Shown in pieces: positions 35,701 to 37,014 of a stretch of 64,000 nucleotides of DNA. Every line of letters starts with the position of its first letter. Position 1 is the first letter of the stretch. Below the pieces are notes generated by a model. That model did not search any database and was not told the origin of the DNA. It saw only the letters and a program-made list of their open reading frames with translations. The DNA lies in the NCBI GenBank assembly GCA_910589185.1, contig CAJUSU010000001.1:1191-65190 (forward strand), given 5' to 3'. Source of the stretch: an uncultured Clostridia bacterium (GTDB lineage: Bacteria > Bacillota > Clostridia > TANB77 > CAG-508). A program made the translations under genes and the position numbers.

Positions 35701-37014
35701 AAACAAATACTAGTCAATGGGGAAGACGTAGATTTAACAACATTTGAACATATTGTGAAAAATGTTAATGAATCAAGTATTGTGATTATTCCAGAAGATG
35801 AAAATGCAACCGTTAAGTTAGATAGTAACACTTCTAGCACAAATGATAATACTTGGAAAGTAGATACTTCTACAACAACTATTAGGGGAATTACAGTGAC
35901 AGCACCAGACGGAACAGAAAAAGAGTATGCATTAACATTGATGAAAAAGGTAACGATTTCAGGAACTATTACAGATGAAAACATCGTGGATAAACATATT
36001 GCCAAAGTCTTTGTTTACCAAACTGATGACACAAGAAAGGAAAGTACCAAAACGGATTTGAATGGTATCAAACTAGACGAAACAAGCGGAACAGTTCAAA
36101 CGAATGTAAGGGAAATTATCGCTGAGGTAGAAACAAAGCCAGACGGAAGTTATGAAATCGTGTTAGAACCAGGAGAATATGATGTAGTATTTACAAAACC
36201 GGGTTACTTAACACATAGAATTACACATATTGATATTTCAAAAGGAAAAGGCGCAGAATTAGACAAAGTAGCAATGCTTGCCGGTGATGTTGTTGAAACA
36301 GGCGAAATTGAATTAGACGACTTAGTAAGCATCAATGAACAATACGGTTTAACAGTAAGCTACGCAGACGGCGTAAATGACGCAAATGTAAAATATGACT
36401 TCAATGGTGATGGTATCGTAGATGCAAAAGATAGAAATATCTTAAAGAAAAACTACGGTAAGAAAGCAAAAACAGTAAAATGGGTTAATCCAGATGAAGT
36501 AGCAAAACAAGAAGCGACAAAAGCAGCAAGAAAAGCTAACAAAATAGTAAGCAGTGAGACTAGGGGAACTTCTGCTTATGAAGGACAATTCGTTTTACCA
36601 CTAAATAGCAAATACACCATTACGTCAAACTATGGGGACAGAATTGGACCTATCACTGAAACAAATGAAAAACACACAGGAATTGATATTGCAGGAGAAC
36701 ATCATGCAGAAGTACTTGCAGTTACTGATGGGGAAGTAACATGGGCAGGTGTACAAAACGGATATGGTAACTGTATTGAAGTGAAACATATTGTTAATGG
36801 GGAAACAATTTACAGCTTCTATGCACACTTATCAGAAATCAGAGTAAAAGTCGGAGATAAAGTAACACAGGGCCAAGTGATTGCTTTAGAAGGTGGAGAT
36901 CCAAGTACTGACCCTAATCCGGGGGACAGTACAGGACACCACTTACACTTCGAAATCAGAACAAAATCTGGTTATGGAAATGATGTGGATCCTACACAAT
37001 TTATCAAGTTCTAG
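5683..37014 (+). CDS. Giant (10,443 aa) secreted or surface-anchored mosaic protein. Order of parts: signal/anchor, 17 x (RCC1 propeller + Big_2), 23 x cadherin-like beta-sandwich, CarboxypepD_reg-like, dockerin-like, M23 peptidase.
   Basis: There is no stop codon for 10,443 codons. A GAGGGA RBS lies ~7 nt upstream of ATG 5683. The N-terminus is basic and followed by a hydrophobic helix. Recognisable domain motifs run along the entire length (see sub-features). Antisense ORFs are all short. Confidence 0.95.
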   Translation: MKLSKKLRKRRNKKLLTLLVGAVATTGIVAATQLTGFKTLTENLSRLGMQRENNAYQLLSDSKNTTANLPTLTNSAKENITVAAGNNFTAVLKADGTVWTWGNNNCGQLGNGEIENVATYELTQVIGVGGVGYLENIKQIAVGTSEVYALTRDGKVIAWGRNNYAQLGRGATGNSGTPEYVLTQVDITDEEGNETTQDVPLENIKQIAAGERHALAIDNNGNVWAWGLNHVGQLGLNVISTTASNANYKKAYAVKMQKEVEVTDDEGNIITQTVNLDNAKQVSAGNDFSVILTNDGKVYCTGIGTSGQIGNNAAVNVMIPTQVQDLEDVKKIDAGGSHTLALKNDGTVWAWGLNRYGQLGINTASTTSSNAAYKRIYPVQVLEAAGVPLENIADISAGLETSYAITEEGDPFGWGLNTSGQIGDSTATNRLIATPIKKAAGEYLTGIKMLSVGQNTNSHYMIDEKGDIYGSGLSTSYQMLSDRVTITNIATRLDETYLKLSHNQAYLEVGNTLDLQLGYHNGLNVLDRRLVPGNVTFRSSNEDIATVSASGTITAKAKGYVTIIAEDTTNGYTAQSIINVVAKGANALPQVASGTLATVYLKEDGTVWTSGDGTNGMLGNGYTKIINKPVQVKIGTDEYLTDIRKIEVGTEHVVALRKDGTVWAWGLGTSGQLGDGANVTHHYATQVVDETGEDYLQNIVDVAAGIDYCLALKQDGTVVGWGVGANHSLGVNSTANRAMPIKMHDSYNIIQVQGGSDTSTVLKADGTVQAVGLGTSGQLGDNTATTKAELVYAINEDLDGKLTGVVRIATGSHHTIALKEDKTAWIWGYDNYGQIGMNNTTNYKHAIPLKNVGNTDIMQNIKDIATGPTATYVLDTQGNVYAVGLNTTGQLSIGNATTVKVFTVAKDENGDPLTGVATISSSKNTTFGFAFEDGTVGITGLGTSGQHGNWTLANSNKMTRIEGAVLDAGNIYETYVNNTVKLNVNIKPAFNLNIDYEKNLQLGELTYQSLDEEVATVSTDGTVIGMKEGTTGIVITDTTNEIETTAYVTVGQRDFSDIYKIVAGSNHTVLLKQDGTVWAWGANNVGQMGNGEIFSKQATQAERVLAPEGTGYLTDVIDIAAGTSFSVALKRDGTVVAWGDNTYGQLGNTNGVAERPVYVLDMYGNKLTGVTSVSAARDHAAAVKADGTVWAWGRNDYGQIGNNSSLATCAYAVQVLDSTGADYLKDIKQVSVGQAFVTALAKDGTVWSWGLGTSGQLGNAAKATKKLPVQATGVTDVTKVVAGNAGVAVLKTDGTVWCWGMNRYGTLGYGTLSTSSSNANYLKTTQIQVKIDANTYLENVKDIGGTFETRFALTQDGTVYGWGLNTTGEIGDSTKANKAYATRPVRRYKDEVENTIVKLSSSTSGYTNYLIKEDGSILGNGRATNGQILEGGNYTERAYVDDVLVSYMEFANRIEYIKQGATKKLEVRGVENLNALGKAPELGKLTWKSMNENVVSIDQNGNITAKELGQATIIATEDKHGYRAQATIYVTANKEEAIAAPMVVQGTGFTVALKADGTVWAAGLNNNGALGDGTYTNRENLELVKIDENTNLTNVVRIAAGNSHVVAVTKDGFVYAWGLNGNGQLGIGSTVKQNYAQKVLDETGEDYLSNIIDVAAGGLHSIAIDNQGNVYTWGKGGNYQLGNYATANKTTPIRVWDTYNIVKAAGGTEHTMLLRGDGVVQGTGLNTNGWLAMGDADTRYTPLEIGSNAEAAIQREIYDIGAGANHSIFLKEDGKVYTVGLNTSGQLATGNATASNVLVVAQTKNEKDELVDLENIVSVSAGNATSFAISKTGEVYSAGLNTSGQLGLGNSTSPINTFTKVLDDEGENPLQNVIANSNGSGNTINSAFITKDGVLYTCGNNANGQLGNSTYFNYNVPVIAGDAQLKIANTQMKVQLNQEAQIDLKLEQGFNVYNNTKEVGTNLTYEATNPNVVTVSNTGKVTGKRLGTTRIKITDKDNKITEYVPVTVLHSYGFTEAKIVSGLNFAVALKEDGSVWAWGNGTSGRLGNGSTANQTQEVPVLDPNGKDQLTGVIDIAVGHDSTVALLQDGTMVAWGNNANYNLGDGTNVDRSIPVFVVDANGDKIQNITKIARGNDYTLALTKEGEVYSWGYNKYGQLGNGGTSTNATPIKVKESTGKGTLKGIIDVKCTMYASIALDADGSVWTWGKNANGELANGTKDDITLPKLSKLTDIDQLATSAYSGIAIDKNGALWSWGWNGYGQLADGTTTDRATPVSAKLNATDLVTDVIDIGTSGGTHYILTSNYQVYAVGGNAQGQIGDNTTTNRSYYTQVKAKYGEALTDKIVKISKSMSRTDSSTDTSTAYLTREDGSILGLGKNSGYQLFGKNQDILKCAKEMKTSYLEMIERINRIKIGENTKLILNMVQNFNIYSRTPVAGNITWTSSNESIATVDQKGTITGLKEGQTTITAKDDKYGYIATSIIYVTRNTASTITIPQVAQGQKFTVVLKADGTVWATGQNNYGQCGADSSVANIGELTPVKTENGTPLNNIVKVISGLDHTLALTKDRKVYVWGLNSNGQLGINSKVNQYAATYMLDEDGENPVTDVIDIAAGESFSTILKANGELYAVGNGTYSQLGIGNTTAYMTLVKMEEMQNVVQVVNGGYHTVMLRGDQTVWTVGRNRYGEMGINSIKDSSTATAQGMGYARQVINQDQNGVLRNITQVTAGGYHSVALTNTKEVYSWGYGGDGQLGTGKTAHFAYPQTVLSYKPTAEEDEGISGIIQVGSSERSIFFLTENHEVYATGENSNYQLSQDNTTDLLTPNGLYDYTGEKYIDEIANIPTGSKNINNTTVIKQDGTVWVSGLGANGQIGNGEFQTATLYTRMGIAKLQVADKIVTLAQGETHTLDVSVNQGFNVYEGETDKAGKLNYTSSNTQIAAVDENGVITAGKQGEARITIYDPVHDWTTSTLVKVTRDAEDKVKAETSVGSAGLILKTDGSVWTAGDNTYGQRGVGDKAKHLTETPVLDPNGTDKLTDVISISAGQYFNAAVKRDGRVVTWGINTYGQLGNKTNVNSEIPVYVLDIDGNPLTDIFQVYCGENHAVAVRKDGSVWTWGYNYYGQLGDNTATNRNYAIQVKDRSGLGHLQGICQVVANRNTTLALTDTGEVYAWGYNYDGQLGDGTRTTGSNPGGRRKLLPVKAVITDVARLAGGLHSTLALKNDGTIWTWGLNRYGSLGYGSSSTSEGTHYAKATPMQVKIDSVTFLTDVVEIGTSYESDYAVTKDGKVYAWGYNNAGQLGVNNTTNYSYAQLIKTRYGELLTDKIVTLSKGTTASTNYLVREDGTILGVGYTGSSQKLFTNRTANMATVQELRPDFMEVDKRVSYIKQGESTKLNIQIAKNLNAFTGHIKLGNLTWTSSNPEIATVTNDGTITAVALGETTITIKDLAHNYQAQAVVYVIQNHEQAITMPDVSQGDNFSVFLKADGSVWTTGLNSSGQLGDGTTINRSKPVRVKINSKEYLSGIVKIAAGLDHVTALSKTGEVYTWGTNDVGQLGNGGTTRSVFASKILDSNGQNPISNVVDINCGHKFTLMLLNDGTVWGVGRNAYGELGILNNTNKSLPVQMDGIANAIRVQANSSGSSIQIADGTVWTTGYNYYGTLGQNGTNTGSSAASQGRNAPNPVINNTRNAVLRNVVKLVGGLHHDIVLQEDNTVWAWGYNHVGQYGTGNTTNFAYPVRVQMGGEELTDKVVNVGTSGYNALLQTIDAQNKKHTLITGYNNNGQLGNGTTTNATSFIPLNNKDNTEEAENIDILPDDTRGHFTLGVIDTNGTVWTAGLNNYGQLGDDTVYNRKNIVQVGEIALKVEDIIFTMNPNDTKQIKAYIEDSFNVYIKENQVGTLKFESLDVAIAEVSDTGVVTAKGIGDTLIRVIDTSRNIQSAVYVKVIKKQDDMQYEPMVDGGTAHSVALKGDGTVWTWGYNKFGQLGNNTTVTTEMPTQVLGKDATGFLTDIQMVASGKNHVLALKNDGTVWAWGYNNYGQLGDNTQITRYTPVQVLAEDASSPLQDIIYIAAGEDYSVAINKKGEVWTWGKNDYGQLGDGTKTAKYTPTRVKANLSGIIKVACGIRHTVALKADGSIYTWGDNGNGQLSDNTNTQRLIPVKVLETADTYVSDAISISATNYSTHILKADGTVKSVGLGTSGQLGDGGKVNTKLPVTVVGVGGTDTLAQVKSIKSGANTTYALRKDGTVVSWGLGTNGELGNEALANSLFPVEVVNHTQDGILSNILYIGAGANHGMAVEDTGYVEVWGLNSQKQVGDITIAKSTYPLYIGSKIVATPSEVTMEVGDTQNLKVAMQSFNLFRATEDETMTRVTYQSLNEAVATVSKNGTITATGMGITTIVVNDHLSAKVTTVQVSVLENNAIATPKVVSGINHTIALKADGTVWTWGYNHHGQLGDGTTKSSYIPQKIGLTDVIDIAAGDHFSMALKKDGSVWVWGFNDRGQLAQGNTAESLTPVPVKGVNGDPLPRVKKIAACRYSWVAILETGEVVGCGANTQAILGDGTSTDRYFPVYMLNHNGSAHVKEVKDITIGQCETFLIKEDGSLWSVGHNCNGGMGVGNKTAYTRIRQVQDTTGTGVLNNIIQVSGGGWYTLALDANGNVWAMGRNAEYELGINNTTSQTRPQKVLGVGGTGYLENIVRIEAGYYSSYAVDKAGDVYAWGDNRHGQLGINNATTQKVPKQVLGGTAGGNLDDVMLASSNGYHATFVKYDGTVWTTGYNGNGELGNDSTAKRLTVECISNPQLEVDQKYLLFSQNLGETKKVNVKANSGFNLLTDTATAGANTFKSLNTSIATVDQDGNITSAGSGTTYIRITNDTLGLTTTVKVVVPYRDGIVVPKVDGGANHYVALKADGTVWTWGYNGYGQLGIGNTANQLEPVKTNMTDVIDVAAGGNFTAVLKKDGTVWVTGQNNYGQLGQNNTTNTTNFIQVKSENGLANLTDIIGITAGEYHMAALKSDGTVVAWGYNAYGQLGNNTKTTAKLPTRVRRVSSIMEIAANGNYLIMLVSDGTVWAAGNNNIGQLGQNNTTVSTIPLKIKNPAGTGEMTGIAKVEAGNGHTILLGENGRVYSTGQNNYGQLAQGNTTNKTLIVEAKEVGGAVITNAADIVARNCTTMILRKDGTVYTAGYNAYGAAANGTTVANKYFTKMLGEYGEGDFTNVLLGAQTNNTALVANNIGSVYTAGYNAYGQLGDKTTKQSNYLVGISHTSLEVKEPIMTMQQIGSQKQIECKLNLGFNILYNNLQTENYTYKVLNKDIASVDANGVVTALKYGSTSIEITNQETGNKATVILNVVREGDIANPKVASGVDYNVALKSDGTVWTWGYNNYGELGLGDTARRLEPTKVNITGVIDIAVGNHHTLLLKQDGTVWAMGLNNYGQIGNNTTTNVSQPVQVQGLENIIRIEAGANHSIALKSDGTVYGWGYNAYGQLGDNTTTRRNVPVEVRRISGIKDIAAGNHSSMALDTDGNVWVWGLNTSGQLGLGTKTNAILPTKLTSVSKIAQVEMGTNYGMVVTENGEVYSFGVNDVGQLGIGNKTNQITPKQVLQADKTPLTNVEYVAAGTKHVLAKTKNGLAYGWGLDTNSQLGDDQTTNKLNAVPITYAGGADEITEVLEVAAGNAHSILVREDGTVWTVGKNNYGQIGDETTINKKSWVCISEIRIKVKETSITINAVGGKYNLSPVLGVGFNLLYDDGADGDFAFASKDTTTADVSEKGVITGVKRGKTKIGITETNTEKTIYVDVYVLDEKDVAFPQIVTGESTTVALKADGTVWTWGQNDKGQLGLGDNKNRIAPTKVDIDNVIKIATSGNHTLALKKDGTVWAWGQGTAGQLGTGLLQNSNVPVQVRDETGVNVLQNIKEIATANQLSMVVTSEGKVYAWGLGTSGQIGNGAKTNQTMPTKTLGLSNITKIAGGNLSAYAITDEGEAYAWGYNNRGQLGDGTNTLRTQPVKIPNLTGIIEISATSTEQVIALKDDGTVWGWGYSTLGALTDVGGSTPKQIAGKTNRMKDIASISAGYYAGLAITDEGKVLGWGTNGFGGLGNGTTTNTATPTHVMESATKELDQIFIIAMGKNYSVYAKEDGSVWATGTNEFGQLGNTSTVTIHTPENISQDYISTNKLELVFHELNVEQPINATYNFGFNLYNNSADVKFTYTSEDDTVAAVGENGMVTSRNIGKTYINITAGELTRRVEVNVLAPQEIAAMDAQGGLRHTLALKTNGTLWAFGDNSYGQLGLGSVESTTYHKPQEVKLPENTKFTKIAVGSNHNLALDTNGNVYGFGLNANGQLGNNTNTNSGELVKVEGLTNIVKIAAYKNMSMALNQDGELFVWGEGYSKQPEKVDFHAKVIDMTGRILLSEQGTVWNMKNLNEKTPTLTNIVEIASGDSHNLALKADGTVYGFGANNYGQLGTGNTTNADKPVVISNLPKVESVKANLYTSYVLTSAGEVYSFGRNTKSSLGQNTSATYNMAPTKIDSTKVQRISAGQNFGIYVNDEGFVYSWGNNDYGQLAQDEKEIITPSVIGTVKVQTDKDYITIEEGETKGISATLNNTFNLRKDVIASDGFTFESMNTGIATTQDIRVTGVKEGITPIVISHPASEQKSAIYVEVVRPNAKSVIDLKAGTDFNLALKADGSLWSWGSGTYGKLGVGSLDNHNEPQVIQTASRTRQIATGLEHIVVLSEEGKAYTAGKNGNGQCGNGTSVNSKDLTNVLNENGKPLENLVMVAAHGNTTYLLDNEGIVYACGAGYNKVATKIANLPKMAQISGNYGITMDKKVFDLSTGSQVEKLENIIKIAQGDNHTLFLSQAKTVYSLGTNTNGQGGIGTKTNIMTPTQVKNNVGTGILTGVVDIAAGKNFSMAVLDNGTVYTWGSNENNKLGTDQVNDQILPRRNTNIQNAMKVAAGTNHAAFVANDGRVYAWGNGENGTLGNGVDANSTQPVLVGSEEVVVDNHHVTLHIDEEITLNANVKSFNLIQDLEKGSLTYKLNDNSIATIDNNGKITGVKEGVTSVTVTQDGTDHQAIVQVTVIRKNANVNPLVKTTNSSNVILKADGTVWTYGANDNGELGNGNNTASDNLNQVVFNPEVKIKEIAVGENHVLALDENGEVWAWGSNSYYQLGTSEIASSNQPIKLELGSKAIKIAAGHNSSYAITADNSLMAWGLNTDGQLGLGNNDNRLLPTKVRTLKNVLDVTAGKSHTVIVTTNGTVYTTGNNSFGSLTGDDYKRNTFKVATNLSNIAYISAGEYHNMALSTKNEVYVWGYNVYGQLGTGNTSNINQPVKVDIANAKQVSSGKSHSSILTKEGKLYSTGLNSLGQLGTTSKDNQVTFTLVDTIDEVYGIDTGNTYDMAIKNDGTVWAWGDYYHGTNAIRTKSNSRVPTQIGIQNFYLVENDISVNKDTSKQLQVNPQFEFNVFENNTLENNFSYISLNEDIAVVDENGNVTGKKVGTTWVKVIENTSKAEQIAIIRVTEPGNKVAPKVAGGINYAVVLKADGSVWSFGYNSNGQLGDSSFVASKVPKEINILKSYTDITAGDNFTLILKNDGTVWSVGDNQYGQLGLGDRTSRQTPTVIPNLENVVKIAAGSKHSIALTKYGEVYTWGANTNGKLGIGNLDTKDLPVKVEIPGANIIDVAAGEGYIALVDSNGTIYVSGKLGSIESKVPVAVSGIANSAKAAAGKDLIVLTKEGNVVQVGEQTTTLYSSKDAVDIAAKGTNYLILNNSGKLFDGGISSNGEIGEVLTIGSGMNNTYYIATSGLVYSKGQNQYGSLGNDTTDNSEEYTLVGKRSFTVSPNNILMSTNDIKDLTLTSERYNVLKQDNRTINDFDWVSNDTNIVTVEAPAQIKAIAEGETTITVTQKDTGAEVEVMVVVEPLEAQRLEKLAVNEVDAQVSGAKKYEVTIATDKDNGSLVITTKDKTDKISIDGGTTWFENGSLTQVVSLPNSVTQIPIKVQTSNGTVFDYTLDVIKQSTITTLESLTVNGTEATATGGTNYSIVVEDADLATVKAVTTHQQAKVGIDSNSVKVHEATEDLSLVDTLIRTVPIQVIAESGKEVNYVLTIYKKSAVTELESVTVDGKEATKNNHLNYSMVVEKDSTQVDVKAIALYDLANVNINNLGAEVKETTRTITLTGDVTIVKIKVGMGEEEKEYTLTITKKVDGSDLADLFVNGEKATKVSDNQYEAVVASNSQTAEVLAIAAVNTSNVQIGSNAQEVGSSKVVVATPDNSNIYTITITDAEDVSKTATYTLTIKKPSTDNSLKYIRISNNEISVDATRDAGTDTYRVKINEKYENLTITAVANYELAEVAIETNSYQVKQDTLAYTFNTESATLQIKVKAQDGDEKTYTLILEKQSSDVTLEYVKVNGANAVKSAEKADTYEITLTQKVDDVTVEAKTTDEAAEVALNNIVYELQTITKQIAMDAKEITVKINVKAEDGTTKTYDLIIHSVPDNTKLTEITVNGVTAVLQPYSNKYVVRVPSNLTTYAVTAKAEDSLAMVKIDNFDAILAQSTQNIAKTEPAPTKVAIEVTAQDKESKEQYELEIYPRSQDTILAYLKVDESFVEPADDGQYYVKVVNSTTSVKIEAKAGDENATTGINKAGTTNIVTEVGTLTGDVTVFDIIVTAEDGNTKTYKLNVEKLSNDTSIVGIYVDGNEVIAVDGKYVAKIGNNTTCLVKAIATNPDAKVSVDGNTDAVKENQNTVDVNEEEKTIEITVTAPDGTKKIYPLTLQRNSTDNTLLSISGKDVPEDAVVQTSETTYQMIVSNELTKLELTAVTSSKVAEVKIGDNSYEVNTQTKEVTLPNDTNTVIITVKSESGEEKEYTLTIIKKYVLTLDSITVDGVAAEKQEDGTYIAWVDPTSTQSNVVVTPTSSKVQVKVGETINNIGTTNYTVATTEDETISKIIVKSPIEEDQVEYTLKIMKKSQDTTLEYVKVDSQVGTEEDDGSYTVKVPVQDNSYTMEVKTTSPYAQVKIEDNAFALGTDSYTLNLTGVNSKTVTVTVKAQDGTEKTYTVNVQKVSSDNTLQTVKVNNVEITEVDGIYRAFIKEDVTNANLYVETTHSGATIKLGEDDEKVHTVTKDITMDQTEKTIAMKVTAEDGSVKQYTVIIAKESSDIEIQSVKVDNKGAIVVDESTYYITATPGATEAEVEVIAANQYAGVQINGSAKQTGKNTVKVTLPANQKVVAVPIVITAQNGKDSKTYTLNIEQVSNNTNIIKVTVNGKDVTTYDEETKTYTHIVDYSVDEATVTVETENAEATVRIEAGAFSKHTATENVSTAGEINDITITVVAEDGTTENRTLVIKKLSQDASILKLFVNDVDIAANDDGSYTAEVVESETKATVRIKTTNKDAQILLDGTALENKGEGTKEYTTTGTRQITVPIKIIAEDGITTKETTLTINIVSDNKNLEYVKVNGVVVTEYDEDTSTYQAFIPATAATASVEVKAISPYATLNIDGNTATQVITYTATTDADITYVYVDVIAENDSVKTYTIAMQKESTDNTLKDLYKDGTQVDPEEDENYIINVPEDTLELTLKAIANNEYATVAIGNETAEVKETTKTVTLATGKTTTVNITVTAQDKSQRVYTVTINKVSANNNIEYVKVNSNVITNYDADTKTYEAFIPAGATSASLEVQSENAYAQVEVLDAIGTHNVNTTVTIDEEETLVSAIVTSETGVEETYYIRLIRISTDNSIKQIYVNGTLIEQDEDGNYIAEVAENSKDALVKVVANNKYASVQIANGEAKTEASEETVTLSTDKITNVAITVTSQSGTVANETLIIKKVSDDTGINTVLVNSIECKNYDETTKTYTAYIGADVDQSEVAVMANSQGATVTIEDVTGTGNANKTVATTAQTTKLAVTITSETGKTAKYTILIVKESADATVELIKVNDKEVQAPYDVTIKKLDTKAKIYVKATNSNAIVKIGDEAAEKGSSEVTLTIPLEQEVIVVPVVVTAQNGVAKETYNITLRRISNNTGIKQILVNGEDVDLTTFEHIVKNVNESSIVIIPEDENATVKLDSNTSSTNDNTWKVDTSTTTIRGITVTAPDGTEKEYALTLMKKVTISGTITDENIVDKHIAKVFVYQTDDTRKESTKTDLNGIKLDETSGTVQTNVREIIAEVETKPDGSYEIVLEPGEYDVVFTKPGYLTHRITHIDISKGKGAELDKVAMLAGDVVETGEIELDDLVSINEQYGLTVSYADGVNDANVKYDFNGDGIVDAKDRNILKKNYGKKAKTVKWVNPDEVAKQEATKAARKANKIVSSETRGTSAYEGQFVLPLNSKYTITSNYGDRIGPITETNEKHTGIDIAGEHHAEVLAVTDGEVTWAGVQNGYGNCIEVKHIVNGETIYSFYAHLSEIRVKVGDKVTQGQVIALEGGDPSTDPNPGDSTGHHLHFEIRTKSGYGNDVDPTQFIKF
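5920..29400 (+). repeat. Array of 17 modules, each an RCC1-type beta-propeller (~7 blades) followed by one Big_2 Ig-like domain
   Basis: The blade motif 'DG(T/S)VW(T/A)WG.N..GQLG.G' recurs in groups. Each group is followed by a Big_2-like block ('..L.(Y/W).S.N..IATV...G.ITA...G.T.I....'). The Big_2 blocks end near nt 7425, 8835, 10275, 11710, 13135, 14597, 16050, 17500, 18915, 20320, 21705, 23055, 24405, 25640, 26890, 28205 and 29400 (about +/-15 nt). The module at ~18915-20060, parsed residue by residue, has exactly seven blades. Confidence 0.85.
29419..35949 (+). repeat. Array of 23 tandem cadherin-like beta-sandwich domains (PF12733-type pattern)
   Basis: There are 23 units of ~90-97 aa. 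The pattern is 'L..(L/I).V.G......(D/G).Y...V......V.(V/I).A......A.V.I.........V.L......I.I.V.A.DG....YT(L/V).I.K.S'. I counted them from the recurring '..K.YTLTI.K.S'-type endings. Confidence 0.8.
35955..36245 (+). other. CarboxypepD_reg-like (carboxypeptidase regulatory-like beta-sandwich) domain
   Basis: ISGTITDENIVDKHIAKVFVYQ...VETKPDGSYEIVLEPGEYDVVFTKPGYLTHRITHIDIS shows the typical 'G.V.D..G.P...A.V.......T..DG.Y.....PG.Y.....K.GY' pattern. Confidence 0.6.
36280..36466 (+). other. Dockerin-like duplicated EF-hand segment
   Basis: GDVVETGEIELDDLVSINEQYG (degenerate first repeat) and DFNGDGIVDAKDRNILKKNYG (a good match to the dockerin D.N.DG.(I/V)D..D...LK..L pattern). Confidence 0.6.
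36589..37011 (+). other. C-terminal M23 (LytM/lysostaphin-family) metallopeptidase domain, predicted active
   Basis: HTGIDI (HxxxD), YAHLS and GHHLHFEI (HxH) are all present in canonical order and spacing. The glycine-rich core 'GYGNCIEVKH' is also present. Confidence 0.85.

Noticed and set aside
5920-35949. Whether the strong periodicity could be a CRISPR array or a non-coding satellite
   Set aside because: The periods are 1.2-2.9 kb and ~285 nt, and everything lies in one open reading frame with recognisable protein domain motifs. There are no short identical direct repeats separated by unique spacers anywhere in the window.
6171-36828. Dozens of minus-strand ORFs of 60-166 aa inside the giant gene, for example 23046..23546, 10953..11411 and 6435..6803
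   Set aside because: All lie antisense to a continuously coding 31-kb frame. Their translations are low-complexity mirror images of the RCC1 and Ig repeat codons (P/S/C/F/V-rich). None has an RBS or promoter that I could see. They are the expected by-product of a purine-rich, stop-poor repeat gene.
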